From: a virus
Strand: one strand, 5' to 3'
Length of the DNA stretch: 64,000 nt
IMG/VR virus record: IMGVR_UViG_3300009703_001822
Part shown: one piece after another, positions 49,101 to 58,151 of the stretch
Layout: each line of letters starts with the position of its first letter
Numbering within the stretch: position 1 is the first letter of the stretch
The notes under the pieces: model-generated
Databases searched by the model: none
What the model was told of the DNA's origin: nothing
The model's input: only the letters and a program-made list of their open reading frames with translations
Position numbers and translations under genes: made by a program

Positions 49101-52100
49101 CATGCAAGGCCATTTTTTGTATTAGAAAATATAGACACAAAAGTAGCAAGTAATATAGACAGAGATGCTACTTTCGCAGGTACACAATTAAAATTAACAG
49201 GCAATACAGTAACATTACCGTTCAATAGAATGGTTCTTACAGACCAAATGCAAGCTTCTCAGACAGAGAACTTAACAAAAGAATTATTATTTAAATACAA
49301 CGGAGAGATGGAACTAACTCCTGATGTAGACAACTTTATAGACACAGCAGTTCAACCAGCAGTCAATGTAAACTTTGATGGTAACTATGATGCTTGGGAG
49401 AACATGGCAAATGCTTGGGGCACACAATGGGGTTCATGGGAAGATTCAGGTGCTGCCAATGTAACAAGTTCTACTTCAGCATTAGACACATACAGCACAA
49501 GCACTGAGCGCTTTGGCGGAAGCAGTGCAACATTTACCACTACAACAACAGAACAACAGCAGACAAGATCAGGTATAGCGTTAAATGTTTCTGCCATAAC
49601 TGAAGTAAACTCTCTAGGAGAGAAAATAGTAGACATGGCAATAGCGCCATTTATGAGAAGTCGTCAGGTTACAGTTACATGTACTAGATTAAAACCTGAG
49701 ACAAGAGTTTATCCATTCTTTGATGGAGAGGCTGTATCAGATTTTTGTACATTACCAGATGGAACTACAACTACATTATCAACAGACGAAGATGGAAAAG
49801 TAACATTTTTGTTTACAATTCCTGCAGGAAGATTTAAAGCGGGTTCAAGAGTATTAAAAGTAACTAACAATTCAGATAATGGAACAAACAATGTTACAAC
49901 ACAGGCAAATGCTATTTACGAATCTTCAGGTTTCATACAACAGAAACAAGATACTATTGTAGGATTTAAATCTGCAAATGTAAATTCAACACAATTTTCG
50001 GATAGTAGAGTAGTAACGGAGACATCTTTTGATGTTAGTATAGGAGCAGGAACACCTTTACCACCTCCTCCTCCACCTACTATTATTAATAACCCAGTAC
50101 CTGTACCGGTACCGGTTACACCTGCACCGACGCCTCCTCCTGATGTAGGTTTACCTCCTGCAACAACTTCACCGTCGGCTATAACATCAACACCGGAGGT
50201 AACACCTGTTACAACAACGGCTGCAACTACAACGACGGCTAGTCCACCAATATCAACACCGGTGGTAACAACACCATCCCCAATAATAGACCGTGTTACA
50301 ACAACACCGGCACCACCTACAACTACGCCTTTTGTTATTGATTTTGATGTAGATGAGTTCTTGGCAGACTTTAGATGGGACTTTAATTTCGGTTGGGGTA
50401 TGGACCCATTAGCACAAACATTCACAGTACCTAATGTTCCTGGCGGAGCGTTTATTACTGACATTGAAATATTCTTTAAAAACAGGCCTGCTACAGGTAA
50501 TAATGGTGTTACAATGCAAATAAGAGAGGTTATTAATGGTGTGCCTGGACCTCGTATTTTGCCTAACGGTAGTAAGAGAGTGGAAAGAGCAGATATTATT
50601 ACTTCATCAGAATCGGGAGGCACAACAACAATTAATCCAACATCATTTACATTTAATAATCCTGTTTACTTACAAGGAGACAAAGAATATTGTTTCGTTC
50701 CCAAACCTGAAAATGATGATACAGGATATGACATATACATTTCTCAATTAGGAGAAAATCAAGTAGGAACAACAGAAAGAATTACAAAACAACCACATGG
50801 TGGTATGATGTTCTCATCAGCTAACGATAGAACTTGGAACGCACATCAGAATCAAGACATAATGTTTAAGATGCACAGAGCATCATTTAAACAAGGAACA
50901 GTTTCAGGTAAAGTTTCCAATGATAATTTAGATTGGATAAACTTTAGTTCTTACAGTACAACATCAGCAATAGCTTGGACGGCAGGAACAAGTTTAGTAG
51001 GACATACACCTACAATTACTAATGCAGGAACAGGATATACAGGACTTACACCTACAGTTACGGTAACTAATACAGGAACTAATGGTACAGGTTTAACAAT
51101 GACAGCAACAGTAACAGGAGATGTTATAACAGCTCTTACAGTTACTAACCCTGGTTCAGGTTATACAAGTGCTCCTACAATAGCAATTTCTGCAGGAACA
51201 GGAACACAAGCAACAGGAACATTAACCTTACAACAAGGTAAAGTAGTAAACTATAATGGATTAGACGAACAAGTTACAGTAGATAGAGGAACAGACACAA
51301 CAGCGTTCACTGCCTCACAATTAATAGGTAATACACAAGGCTATGGAACAATTAGTTCGTTTACAGATAAAGTTATAAATGAAGTTGCACTAAACGCAGC
51401 TCTAATGACACCACATCAAACAACAACTGCTACTGCAAGAGTTTCAATTAATGAAACAGGTGCAGGAAGTGCAGTAGGAGATCCTGGTGTAACAGAAGTT
51501 TATAGTGAATTAGACTTTAATACTACAACACAATTAGATAAAGAACATACAATTTATAGTAGATCAAACGAAATTAGTACTTACAGTGCTAATAAAACAG
51601 CACTATTAGAAGTTTCAATGTCAACCAACTTTGAAAATATTAGTCCAGCAATAACATTAGATCAATTAGATCTTTTATGTATTGCTAATAGTGTAAACAA
51701 TGATTCTACTAATGAAGATACAAGATATAAAGGAAATTCTTCTTCTCGGTATATAACAAGAAGAGTTAATCTTGAGGATGGCCAAGACGCTGAAGATATT
51801 ATGGTATATCTAGATGCTGCCATTCCGACAGAAGGAAATGTTAAGGTATATGGAAAACTAATGAATTCCTCAGACCAAGGCAATTTCCAAGAAGATTTAA
51901 GCTGGGTTGAATTATCATCAAGAACTGACCCGTTTGAATCAACAACTGATTTTGCAGAGTATAAGTATAACTTACCTTCCAAAGGTTCTAACGCAGCAGG
52001 ACTTAATGGTTCAGGTATATACGAATACGATGTTAAATCTTTATTAAGTATTGCGGTTACAGCAGGAGGTTCTAGTTATAGTTCTTCTCCTACTATAACA

Positions 52101-52379
52101 ATAACTGGCGGAGGTGGTTATGGAGCAGCAGCTACAGCAACCGTATCCGGCGGAGTAATACAATCCATCGAGATTACTAATCCAGGTAGAGAATATACAT
52201 CTACACCAACGGTTACAATTACAGACAGTGGTGGCTCAAGTGCTACGGCAACTGCTACTGTAGGTACAGTAACACATACAGGCTTTAAAACCTTTGCAGT
52301 TAAGGTAGTGCCTTTAAGTACAACAACATCTAAAGTACCTTTCTTTAAGGACTTAAGAGCTATAGCGTTGCAGGTGTAA
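46137..52379 (+). CDS. VrlC-like (DUF4815) large virion structural protein
   Basis: NLNTSPYYDDF..RVLFKPG.PVQARELTQLQ, APGADR, RTYDESGNY, RFKNGILVDPF, DPLAQTF, DLRAIAL. Confidence 0.85.
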   Translation: MALNLNTSPYYDDFNDDNRFHRVLFKPGVPVQARELTQLQTILQDQMEKGFGFVVQEGAVITGCAETLRDVDYIKVNDTDAAAVTINNTDLVKYKDKEIVGSVTGLRAVIQDTETGTVAGNPNLKTLYIKYLNTISGHTHFASGETLTVYTANEGTTASIAAGTDLNGYTFVVNNLTDNTRAGTYYGNTSDITLQPGIIHARGSFIKTDKITVRLDKYNNLKRKHIGFVVTESLQQSATDTTLLDPAQGSYNYNAPGADRLKYTVTLASYDDTATKPENFYTYAHASIDGIERIGLKDNPLSGLGEILANRTYDESGNYLVRGNNVSLREHLNDGTNGGVYASGDAGSRAALVVQVDPGVSYVGGFKRELQSSKRIPIMKASQFITKEAQPISTSYGNYIEINYVEGLFDVDGGAKIELYNAVQDGNASAQGSKVGEAKVRQLVYSSGTPGNTAAVYRLYVYDLQMLSGDFTAVKGVRYNSGDTWGGVANTVLVSSKSEIKESKVNKLVYRLSENNIKTLKAESGGTYDYTYQYQKEFDISLNTTDGTGSLTLSGNETFPYSGTLTDTQKRDFILIAKAGFTQNSATVAVGEHIDLTSNNSNASVTVNSATSITIDTGGAITGTSTVRVYVPVQVSDATPIAKTLSSDKYVKIDTNSHSASTSGEYSIGVADLYKVESIRAHTSALTSDTDGIDVTNDFRVSDGQEDNFYGLAKIIKKNSSTLNLTTYDHLLIKYSYFDSTVSSASFACFDSYPVDDTTASLPSGKVRTEDIPNFQSQKYGEFNLRDCVDFRPYMTNTATITGTIASATTNPANDKIINRPGSGLTNPLPTKTFSTDLAYYIGKKLRIVLDFDGNYRVVEGSYSQNPKMPAEPSQSMTMAEIDLVPFPCLSPEYGKVKQKGQYTTSIKNVSQKRYTMKNISGLEQRIKNLEYYASLNLLENYAKDQTIVNSSGTDRFKNGILVDPFTGHNVGSVLDPDYKISIDPEKKHARPFFVLENIDTKVASNIDRDATFAGTQLKLTGNTVTLPFNRMVLTDQMQASQTENLTKELLFKYNGEMELTPDVDNFIDTAVQPAVNVNFDGNYDAWENMANAWGTQWGSWEDSGAANVTSSTSALDTYSTSTERFGGSSATFTTTTTEQQQTRSGIALNVSAITEVNSLGEKIVDMAIAPFMRSRQVTVTCTRLKPETRVYPFFDGEAVSDFCTLPDGTTTTLSTDEDGKVTFLFTIPAGRFKAGSRVLKVTNNSDNGTNNVTTQANAIYESSGFIQQKQDTIVGFKSANVNSTQFSDSRVVTETSFDVSIGAGTPLPPPPPPTIINNPVPVPVPVTPAPTPPPDVGLPPATTSPSAITSTPEVTPVTTTAATTTTASPPISTPVVTTPSPIIDRVTTTPAPPTTTPFVIDFDVDEFLADFRWDFNFGWGMDPLAQTFTVPNVPGGAFITDIEIFFKNRPATGNNGVTMQIREVINGVPGPRILPNGSKRVERADIITSSESGGTTTINPTSFTFNNPVYLQGDKEYCFVPKPENDDTGYDIYISQLGENQVGTTERITKQPHGGMMFSSANDRTWNAHQNQDIMFKMHRASFKQGTVSGKVSNDNLDWINFSSYSTTSAIAWTAGTSLVGHTPTITNAGTGYTGLTPTVTVTNTGTNGTGLTMTATVTGDVITALTVTNPGSGYTSAPTIAISAGTGTQATGTLTLQQGKVVNYNGLDEQVTVDRGTDTTAFTASQLIGNTQGYGTISSFTDKVINEVALNAALMTPHQTTTATARVSINETGAGSAVGDPGVTEVYSELDFNTTTQLDKEHTIYSRSNEISTYSANKTALLEVSMSTNFENISPAITLDQLDLLCIANSVNNDSTNEDTRYKGNSSSRYITRRVNLEDGQDAEDIMVYLDAAIPTEGNVKVYGKLMNSSDQGNFQEDLSWVELSSRTDPFESTTDFAEYKYNLPSKGSNAAGLNGSGIYEYDVKSLLSIAVTAGGSSYSSSPTITITGGGGYGAAATATVSGGVIQSIEITNPGREYTSTPTVTITDSGGSSATATATVGTVTHTGFKTFAVKVVPLSTTTSKVPFFKDLRAIALQV

Positions 52380-52380
52380 G

Positions 52381-52611
52381 ATGAATAAGATACCTACAGG
52401 GATTATAAATATTGAAGGAGAAAGGGATCTTGTAAGAGATCGTAACTCAAAGGCCTTACTCAATACAAACAACGAAAGTCTTAAAGCATATAAAATCAAA
52501 AGAAATGCTAATCTTAAGATAATAGAGTATGAAAATGATATAAATACTTTAAAGACTGAAATTGTTGAGATAAGGAAAACTTTAGAAATTTTAGTCAACA
52601 AAATTACATAG
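52381..52611 (+). CDS. small coiled-coil protein downstream of VrlC
   Basis: LVRD.NSKALLNTN..Y, INTLKTEI.EI..L. Confidence 0.7.
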   Translation: MNKIPTGIINIEGERDLVRDRNSKALLNTNNESLKAYKIKRNANLKIIEYENDINTLKTEIVEIRKTLEILVNKIT

Positions 52612-52619
52612 GAAGAAAC

Positions 52620-53150
52620 ATGGCAACTTTAACATTAAGATCAGCAAAAGGTAGTCCTCTTACTAACAATGAGGTTGACGCTAACTTTACCAATCTTAAT
52701 ACTGATAAATACGAGTCAGGTAATAATGCTACATTTGGCACTATTGCAGGAACAACTGTATCTGTTACTTCTGTTACAACAACAGGTGCTTTAAGTGTAG
52801 GAGGTTCTTCCACACTAAGTACATCTGCTACAGTATCAGCAGCAGGCACAGATCAAGCAGGTGGTACAGCATTAACAAAGTCATATAATATTGTAACAAC
52901 TTGTGCAGCTAACGCGGGGGTAGTACTCCCAGATTGTGCATCAGGTTTGGAATCATTTATATTAAATGACACGGCTAACAATCTTAAGGTTTATCCTGCT
53001 TCAGGTGAATCTATAGACGGAGGCTCTGCAAACGCAGCAGTTGATTTGTCACCTGGACACTCATTAAAATTGGTAGGAGTAAGCGCAACAAAATGGAATA
53101 GGTTAAGTCCTGTTATCATTTATAACTCATCGGGAACAAGAGTAAACTAA
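52620..53150 (+). CDS. short tail-fibre-like structural protein
   Basis: MATLTLRSAKGSPLTNNEVDANFTNL fibre N-terminus; LP..G..I.N..L.VYP..ID C-terminal domain. Confidence 0.7.
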   Translation: MATLTLRSAKGSPLTNNEVDANFTNLNTDKYESGNNATFGTIAGTTVSVTSVTTTGALSVGGSSTLSTSATVSAAGTDQAGGTALTKSYNIVTTCAANAGVVLPDCASGLESFILNDTANNLKVYPASGESIDGGSANAAVDLSPGHSLKLVGVSATKWNRLSPVIIYNSSGTRVN

Positions 53151-53164
53151 AGAGAAGATAGAAT

Positions 53165-54445
53165 ATGAGACCTCTAAGAATTAAAGCATCAGCATATCCA
53201 GTTAGTTCTGGCAACCTTCAGGGCTTGCAAGAAATGACAGACGCAGAAATTGAGCAGTATTATAGTGCAATTCTAACAAAAGACTTCGCAGACAATACTG
53301 ACGGATCGGGTACGGCAGAGATTAATATCAATGGAGGATCTGGTACATCTATTGGAACAGCAACCGATACTAAAAGAGATGACGCAGTAGGAACACACCC
53401 AACAGATGGTGCAAGTTCTACGGTTACAACTTACACTGCTAAACAAATAGAAACAGCAGCATCAGAAAGTATTACTAACAGACCTTTAGGATATGTATCC
53501 TCAGGAACAGTTGGTGTACATGAATTCGATGATACAGAATTAGACACAGACATTTTAGATAAAGTAGCAGATGATTTTGCTGCACAAGGCGACTATACAA
53601 TAGGTCAATATAAATTGTCTACAAGCTCACCATCAGGTGGTACTTGGACTTCTCGCTACACATTAGCAAACACAGAAATAGATGGTACAACCACAAATTA
53701 TTACATTTGGCAAAAAACAACAGCTACAAGTTCTGCAGTAGATAATTACAAGCCATTAAAAGTAACAGGTGGCGGAGCTGGTGTACAGGAAATGACAGTT
53801 GCAGAGATGGAACAAATTGTTCCTAATTTAAGAAACTACATGATTTCTAGTGGTAAAGGGAAATATGTATTACAAGCAGCAGCCCCAGGTTCAGGTACTT
53901 GGGTAGATCAAGGTTCATTTATTGATACAAAGAAAGAAGTAGCAGCACAAAACTACACAGGAGCTTATTCAGGTACATACACCGGAGCTTATACTGGTGG
54001 TTATACAGGTGCTAAAAACTATGCAGGCAACTACACAGGCGCTAAAAACTATGCAGGAAGTTATGTAGGAACCTCAGGCTATTCAGGCACATACACAGGA
54101 ACCTCAGGTTATTCAGGCAACTACTCAGGTAACTACACAGGAAACTATGCAGCAGACTATGATGGTTATGCAGGTACTACATACTCAGGAACCTACACAG
54201 GTACATATACAGGATACTACACAGGCGCCAAAAACTATACAGGATATTATACAGGTGCTAAAACATATGGTGGAACCTACACAGGAACATCTGCTTATGC
54301 GGGCACATACACAGGAACATCTGCTTACTCAGGCTCATATTCAGGTAACTATACAGGATATTACTCAGGTACATATTCAGGAGATACAATCCAAAGTTCA
54401 AATGAGAATGTCAGTACGGTAAAACTGTGGCTTAGAACTGCTTAA
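53165..54445 (+). CDS. virion fibre-like protein with Tyr-x-Gly repeat tract
   Basis: Duplicated N-terminal module (LQEM..E / VQEM..E; GTW) and about 30 YxGx units. Confidence 0.7.
   Translation: MRPLRIKASAYPVSSGNLQGLQEMTDAEIEQYYSAILTKDFADNTDGSGTAEININGGSGTSIGTATDTKRDDAVGTHPTDGASSTVTTYTAKQIETAASESITNRPLGYVSSGTVGVHEFDDTELDTDILDKVADDFAAQGDYTIGQYKLSTSSPSGGTWTSRYTLANTEIDGTTTNYYIWQKTTATSSAVDNYKPLKVTGGGAGVQEMTVAEMEQIVPNLRNYMISSGKGKYVLQAAAPGSGTWVDQGSFIDTKKEVAAQNYTGAYSGTYTGAYTGGYTGAKNYAGNYTGAKNYAGSYVGTSGYSGTYTGTSGYSGNYSGNYTGNYAADYDGYAGTTYSGTYTGTYTGYYTGAKNYTGYYTGAKTYGGTYTGTSAYAGTYTGTSAYSGSYSGNYTGYYSGTYSGDTIQSSNENVSTVKLWLRTA
53951..54385 (+). repeat. YxGx / YxGxxx peptide repeat tract
   Basis: tacacagg/tattcagg units in DNA; visible in the translation. 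Confidence 0.9.
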
Positions 54446-54452
54446 TTAGCAG

Positions 54453-54460
54453 TATAAATA
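54453..54460 (+). promoter_or_regulatory. T4-type late promoter
   Basis: Intergenic TATAAATA. Confidence 0.7.
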
Positions 54461-54481
54461 AATTTACATTATGGAGATATT

Positions 54482-54982
54482 ATGGCAAACGAAAAAGTCG
54501 TACTTGAAATTGATCCTAAAGATATAAGTACAGTCCCAGAAGAAATAAAGAAAAGAAACTTTGTTTACAAAGCTCCTTATTGGTCTAATAAGGAAGCCAA
54601 ACACATTATCGTTACACTAGAGTATGAAGACGGTAGAAAGTCTACAGCATCAATACAAGACAAAGATGGAACCAATCCAGACTACATAGCAATACTAGAA
54701 GAATTTGGAGAGGAAGTATTAGATAAAAATACTGAAGAAGGTGTAAAGCGCCGTGATGAACAAATCAAGAAAAGACTTCAACGAAAAGAAACAGAAGCAG
54801 TTAGAGCTAGACAGGAACAATTATTTGGCGCTAAATTACAAGCATTTGAAATAGGTGCAGTTAAAGAATCTAAGAATACAAATCTAAAACGACTTATCCG
54901 TAAAGCCAAATCTCCTATGGAAGTACAAGCATATACAACTATATTATTAATGGAGACAATGGATGAACACAAGGAATCCTGA
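54482..54982 (+). CDS. hypothetical protein (possible fibre assembly chaperone)
   Basis: ORF with SD GGAG; chaperone role inferred only from its position after the fibre gene. Confidence 0.55.
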   Translation: MANEKVVLEIDPKDISTVPEEIKKRNFVYKAPYWSNKEAKHIIVTLEYEDGRKSTASIQDKDGTNPDYIAILEEFGEEVLDKNTEEGVKRRDEQIKKRLQRKETEAVRARQEQLFGAKLQAFEIGAVKESKNTNLKRLIRKAKSPMEVQAYTTILLMETMDEHKES

Positions 54983-55715
54983 AGATTTTCCTGAGAACGG
55001 TTTTGTAATTGTAGCATCCTTAAAGGAAAGATATTATCAAGCAGCTATAGAATGTGCTGAGTCAGTTAAACTCTTTTGGCCTGACGCACATATAACAGTA
55101 TATGTAGATCATGAAGAATGGATTAGACCTTCTGATTGGAATGTAGCAGATTGGATAGTACATTGGGAAGTACCTAAACACATTAGAGCAAAACTTTGGG
55201 CTTTAGGCAACACACCTTATAAAGGAATAACTTGTTATTTGGATGCTGATATGTATTGTCAGCATGAAGATGTAGAGTTTATATTTGATCAACTACCTGA
55301 CGATTTAGATTTATTGTTTACAAAAATTAGACCTTACAATGCTAAGGTAACTAAACTTACAAACACAGAAGAAATGACAGCACATTGTGGTATGTTCTTA
55401 TATAGAAATAATCCTCATACAATTAAACTTATGGAAGATTGGTATGGAGAGTATTGTAAACAAAATTTAAAAAATAAAAAAGGTGGTTGGGTACACGAAT
55501 TAGATGGTGATTATCCAGACGATGTAAGAAAGTGGGACACTTTTACAATGTGGCGATTACTTACATACGGAGATGGAAAAGTTAAGTGGGATGAAAACTT
55601 ACATATAAGATGGAATTTTATTAATGGACACATGGATGACGAACTTGAAGGTGAGGATATTGTTTTTTGGCATTACACTATCCCAGAACATGAAGTACAT
55701 TTAGGCAGAAAATAA
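54963..55715 (+). CDS. GT-A fold glycosyltransferase (GT8-like)
   Basis: SVK..PDAHITVY, RAKLWAL..TPY..TCYLDAD (DxD), RWN, HYT. Confidence 0.75.
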   Translation: MNTRNPEDFPENGFVIVASLKERYYQAAIECAESVKLFWPDAHITVYVDHEEWIRPSDWNVADWIVHWEVPKHIRAKLWALGNTPYKGITCYLDADMYCQHEDVEFIFDQLPDDLDLLFTKIRPYNAKVTKLTNTEEMTAHCGMFLYRNNPHTIKLMEDWYGEYCKQNLKNKKGGWVHELDGDYPDDVRKWDTFTMWRLLTYGDGKVKWDENLHIRWNFINGHMDDELEGEDIVFWHYTIPEHEVHLGRK

Positions 55716-56362
55716 TGAAATGGATCAACATATCAGATGAACTTCTAGAAATGTTAGATCCTTATGCCGAATGGTTTTTCCAACAAGACTTAAATTGGAT
55801 AAACGAAAAGGCAAACAAAAACGAAAAGAACACTAATACAATAGACCATGCTTGTGGAGATGATTATCTAAAAGAAATAGTAGATAAAGATGGAAGGCAT
55901 GAGGGATATCCTGAGATATCATATAGTTTTGATCTTAACCAGGGAGGAGTACCTGGTGAGTTTCAAGAGAAATACAATGAGCTAACTGATGAACTCCTGG
56001 CATTCTTAGGTGCCAGGAACCAAGCTGTTCATGTATATTATCCTAAGAATGGATTCATGGGTTGGCACAATAATTGGAATGCACATGGATACAATATATT
56101 ATTATCATATACGAAACATGGGGGTGGGTTCTTTAAGTATAGAGATCCTGCCACCCATGAAGTAGTAAAGATGTTAGATCCTGGTGGATGGTCTGGTAAA
56201 GTAGGATATTATGGCAGGGGCAGAGAACCCGATAAAGTCTACTATCATTGTGCTGGAACACACGAACCTAGGCTCACATTAGGGTTTGTTATCCCTAATA
56301 TCGACATGTGGCGGTCCATGATTGAGGAAATATCTGGAGAAGATGCCTCACATTTCTCCTAA
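55715..56362 (+). CDS. DSBH / 2OG-Fe(II) oxygenase-like protein
   Basis: YYPKNGFMGWHNN...YHCA...RLTLGF. Confidence 0.55.
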   Translation: MKWINISDELLEMLDPYAEWFFQQDLNWINEKANKNEKNTNTIDHACGDDYLKEIVDKDGRHEGYPEISYSFDLNQGGVPGEFQEKYNELTDELLAFLGARNQAVHVYYPKNGFMGWHNNWNAHGYNILLSYTKHGGGFFKYRDPATHEVVKMLDPGGWSGKVGYYGRGREPDKVYYHCAGTHEPRLTLGFVIPNIDMWRSMIEEISGEDASHFS

Positions 56363-56411
56363 ACCCTTGTTCTTACAGTAAAAAAGATTTCAAAAAAACC
56401 CTATAAATCGC

Positions 56412-56440
56412 TTGACTTATGGTCCGTAAGAGTGCATAAT
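56412..56440 (+). promoter_or_regulatory. sigma70-like early promoter copy 3 (TTGACT-17-CATAAT)
   Basis: Near-identical to the 18475 copy; A-tract UP element upstream. Confidence 0.8.
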
Positions 56441-56473
56441 GTACGCATAAACAATAAAAAGTGAGGACTTAAT

Positions 56474-56890
56474 ATGTATTTAGATAACGAAGTAACAATA
56501 GCAGGTGAAACAGTTCGTAAGGAACGATTTGGAATGGCCAGCATCCACAATGAGAACAAGACTTTTACAGGCGATGTACTGTATAAAGATCAAGTTCGTA
56601 ATTCATACGACAATTCAATTGAAACCAAATTCCAAGACACAGCTCAAGTAGATGGTCTTACAGTTTGGAAATCAAATGGTGAGGTTCCATTCGCAGACAT
56701 GCTATTAGACTTTGTACAAATTGGTGCAATTACTTTAGAACAAGCAGAGTTCTCACTAATACAAAAACAAAAAGATCAAAGCGCAAGTCTTGATACTTTG
56801 TTTAGAGCAGACGACGGCAACATTTACTTAGGTGAAGGTGCCCTAGACTACCGTGAAGAAAGACTAGCAAAACTAGCGGAGGTGGCGTAA
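56474..56890 (+). CDS. early hypothetical protein
   Basis: ORF after an early promoter with SD GAGGA. Confidence 0.7.
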   Translation: MYLDNEVTIAGETVRKERFGMASIHNENKTFTGDVLYKDQVRNSYDNSIETKFQDTAQVDGLTVWKSNGEVPFADMLLDFVQIGAITLEQAEFSLIQKQKDQSASLDTLFRADDGNIYLGEGALDYREERLAKLAEVA

Positions 56891-57993
56891 TGATATTTCC
56901 TTTACCAACACTCTACAAAAGAGACACGAACGGAAACATTCGTGAACTAACAGTTGAATATTCTAATGGCGTAGTAAATGCTACTAGAACTATTGCTGGT
57001 ATAAAAGACGGCAACCTAGTTACAAGTGGTTGGAAAGATGCTATAGGCAAGAACACAGGCAAAGCAAATGCTACTACAGATGCTGAACAAGCACAAAAAG
57101 AAGCACAAGCAATGTGGGATAAGAAAGTAGAAAAAGAATACTTTGAAGATATCTCTAAGGTTGATACTTACGATAAGTTCAAGCCACAACTAGCACATGA
57201 CTACACAAAAAGACCACAGTCAGATGGTTTCAGTCAACCTAAGTTAGATGGTATTAGATGTATTGCAAGAAAAGATGGTTTGTTTACAAGAGCAGGAAAA
57301 GAAATTACAACATGCGATCATATCTTTACAGCACTATATTCATTCTTTGATCAGAATCCTAATGTTATATTAGATGGTGAACTTTATAATCACGAACTAA
57401 AAGAAGACTTCAACAAGATTACAAGTCTTGTTAGGAAAGTAAAACCTACACAAGAAGAACAGGAAGAATGTTTTAAACTTGTTGAGTATCATGTATATGA
57501 TATGGTTTGGACTGATGGTGTTGAGCCTTACTTTAAAACTAGAATGGATTTTATAGAAGCACAAAACTTTGAACTTCCAATAGTTACTGTTGAAACTAAG
57601 ATGTGTGATACACAAGAAGAACTAGACGAACTGTATTCACAATACACAGAAGATGGTTACGAAGGACAGATGGTTCGTAACAATACAGTCTACGAAAACA
57701 AAAGAAGTAAGAACTTACTTAAAAGAAAAGAGTTCATTACAGAAGAGTTTGATGTTATAGAAGTATTAGAAGGCTCTGGTAATTGGGCAGGATATGCTAA
57801 ACACTTTGTTCTTACAGACGGAACAGAAACATTTAAGAGTGGTGTTAGAGGTAATCAAGCAACACTTAAAGCTCTACTAGAACAGGAGGAGAAACCTACT
57901 TGGGTTACATGTAGATTCTTTGAAAGATCAATTGACAATATACCTAGATTCCCGGTTGTAATTGACTGGGGTGTAGGTAGTAGGGAGGACTAG
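56890..57993 (+). CDS. ATP-dependent DNA ligase
   Basis: QPKLDGIRC (motif I), LDGELY, YHVYD, EGQMVR, LLKRK, PRFP. Confidence 0.93.
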   Translation: MIFPLPTLYKRDTNGNIRELTVEYSNGVVNATRTIAGIKDGNLVTSGWKDAIGKNTGKANATTDAEQAQKEAQAMWDKKVEKEYFEDISKVDTYDKFKPQLAHDYTKRPQSDGFSQPKLDGIRCIARKDGLFTRAGKEITTCDHIFTALYSFFDQNPNVILDGELYNHELKEDFNKITSLVRKVKPTQEEQEECFKLVEYHVYDMVWTDGVEPYFKTRMDFIEAQNFELPIVTVETKMCDTQEELDELYSQYTEDGYEGQMVRNNTVYENKRSKNLLKRKEFITEEFDVIEVLEGSGNWAGYAKHFVLTDGTETFKSGVRGNQATLKALLEQEEKPTWVTCRFFERSIDNIPRFPVVIDWGVGSRED

Positions 57994-58151
57994 TGTTAGA
58001 ACTAATAGGACTTATAGCCTTAATATGGGTTGCACTCAAATTTCTGCCAAACTTTTTAATGTTTGTGCTTAAATTACTGGTTGCATTAGTAATATTATAT
58101 TTAATTTTATACATATTTGCTGGCTTTATACAGTGGCATTTAATCATATGA
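57993..58151 (+). CDS. 52-aa two-TM membrane protein (not in ORF track)
   Basis: GTG start after GGGAGG; MLELIGLIALIWVALKFLPNFLMFVLKLLVALVILYLILYIFAGFIQWHLII; ATGA overlap with the next gene. Confidence 0.6.
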   Translation: MLELIGLIALIWVALKFLPNFLMFVLKLLVALVILYLILYIFAGFIQWHLII

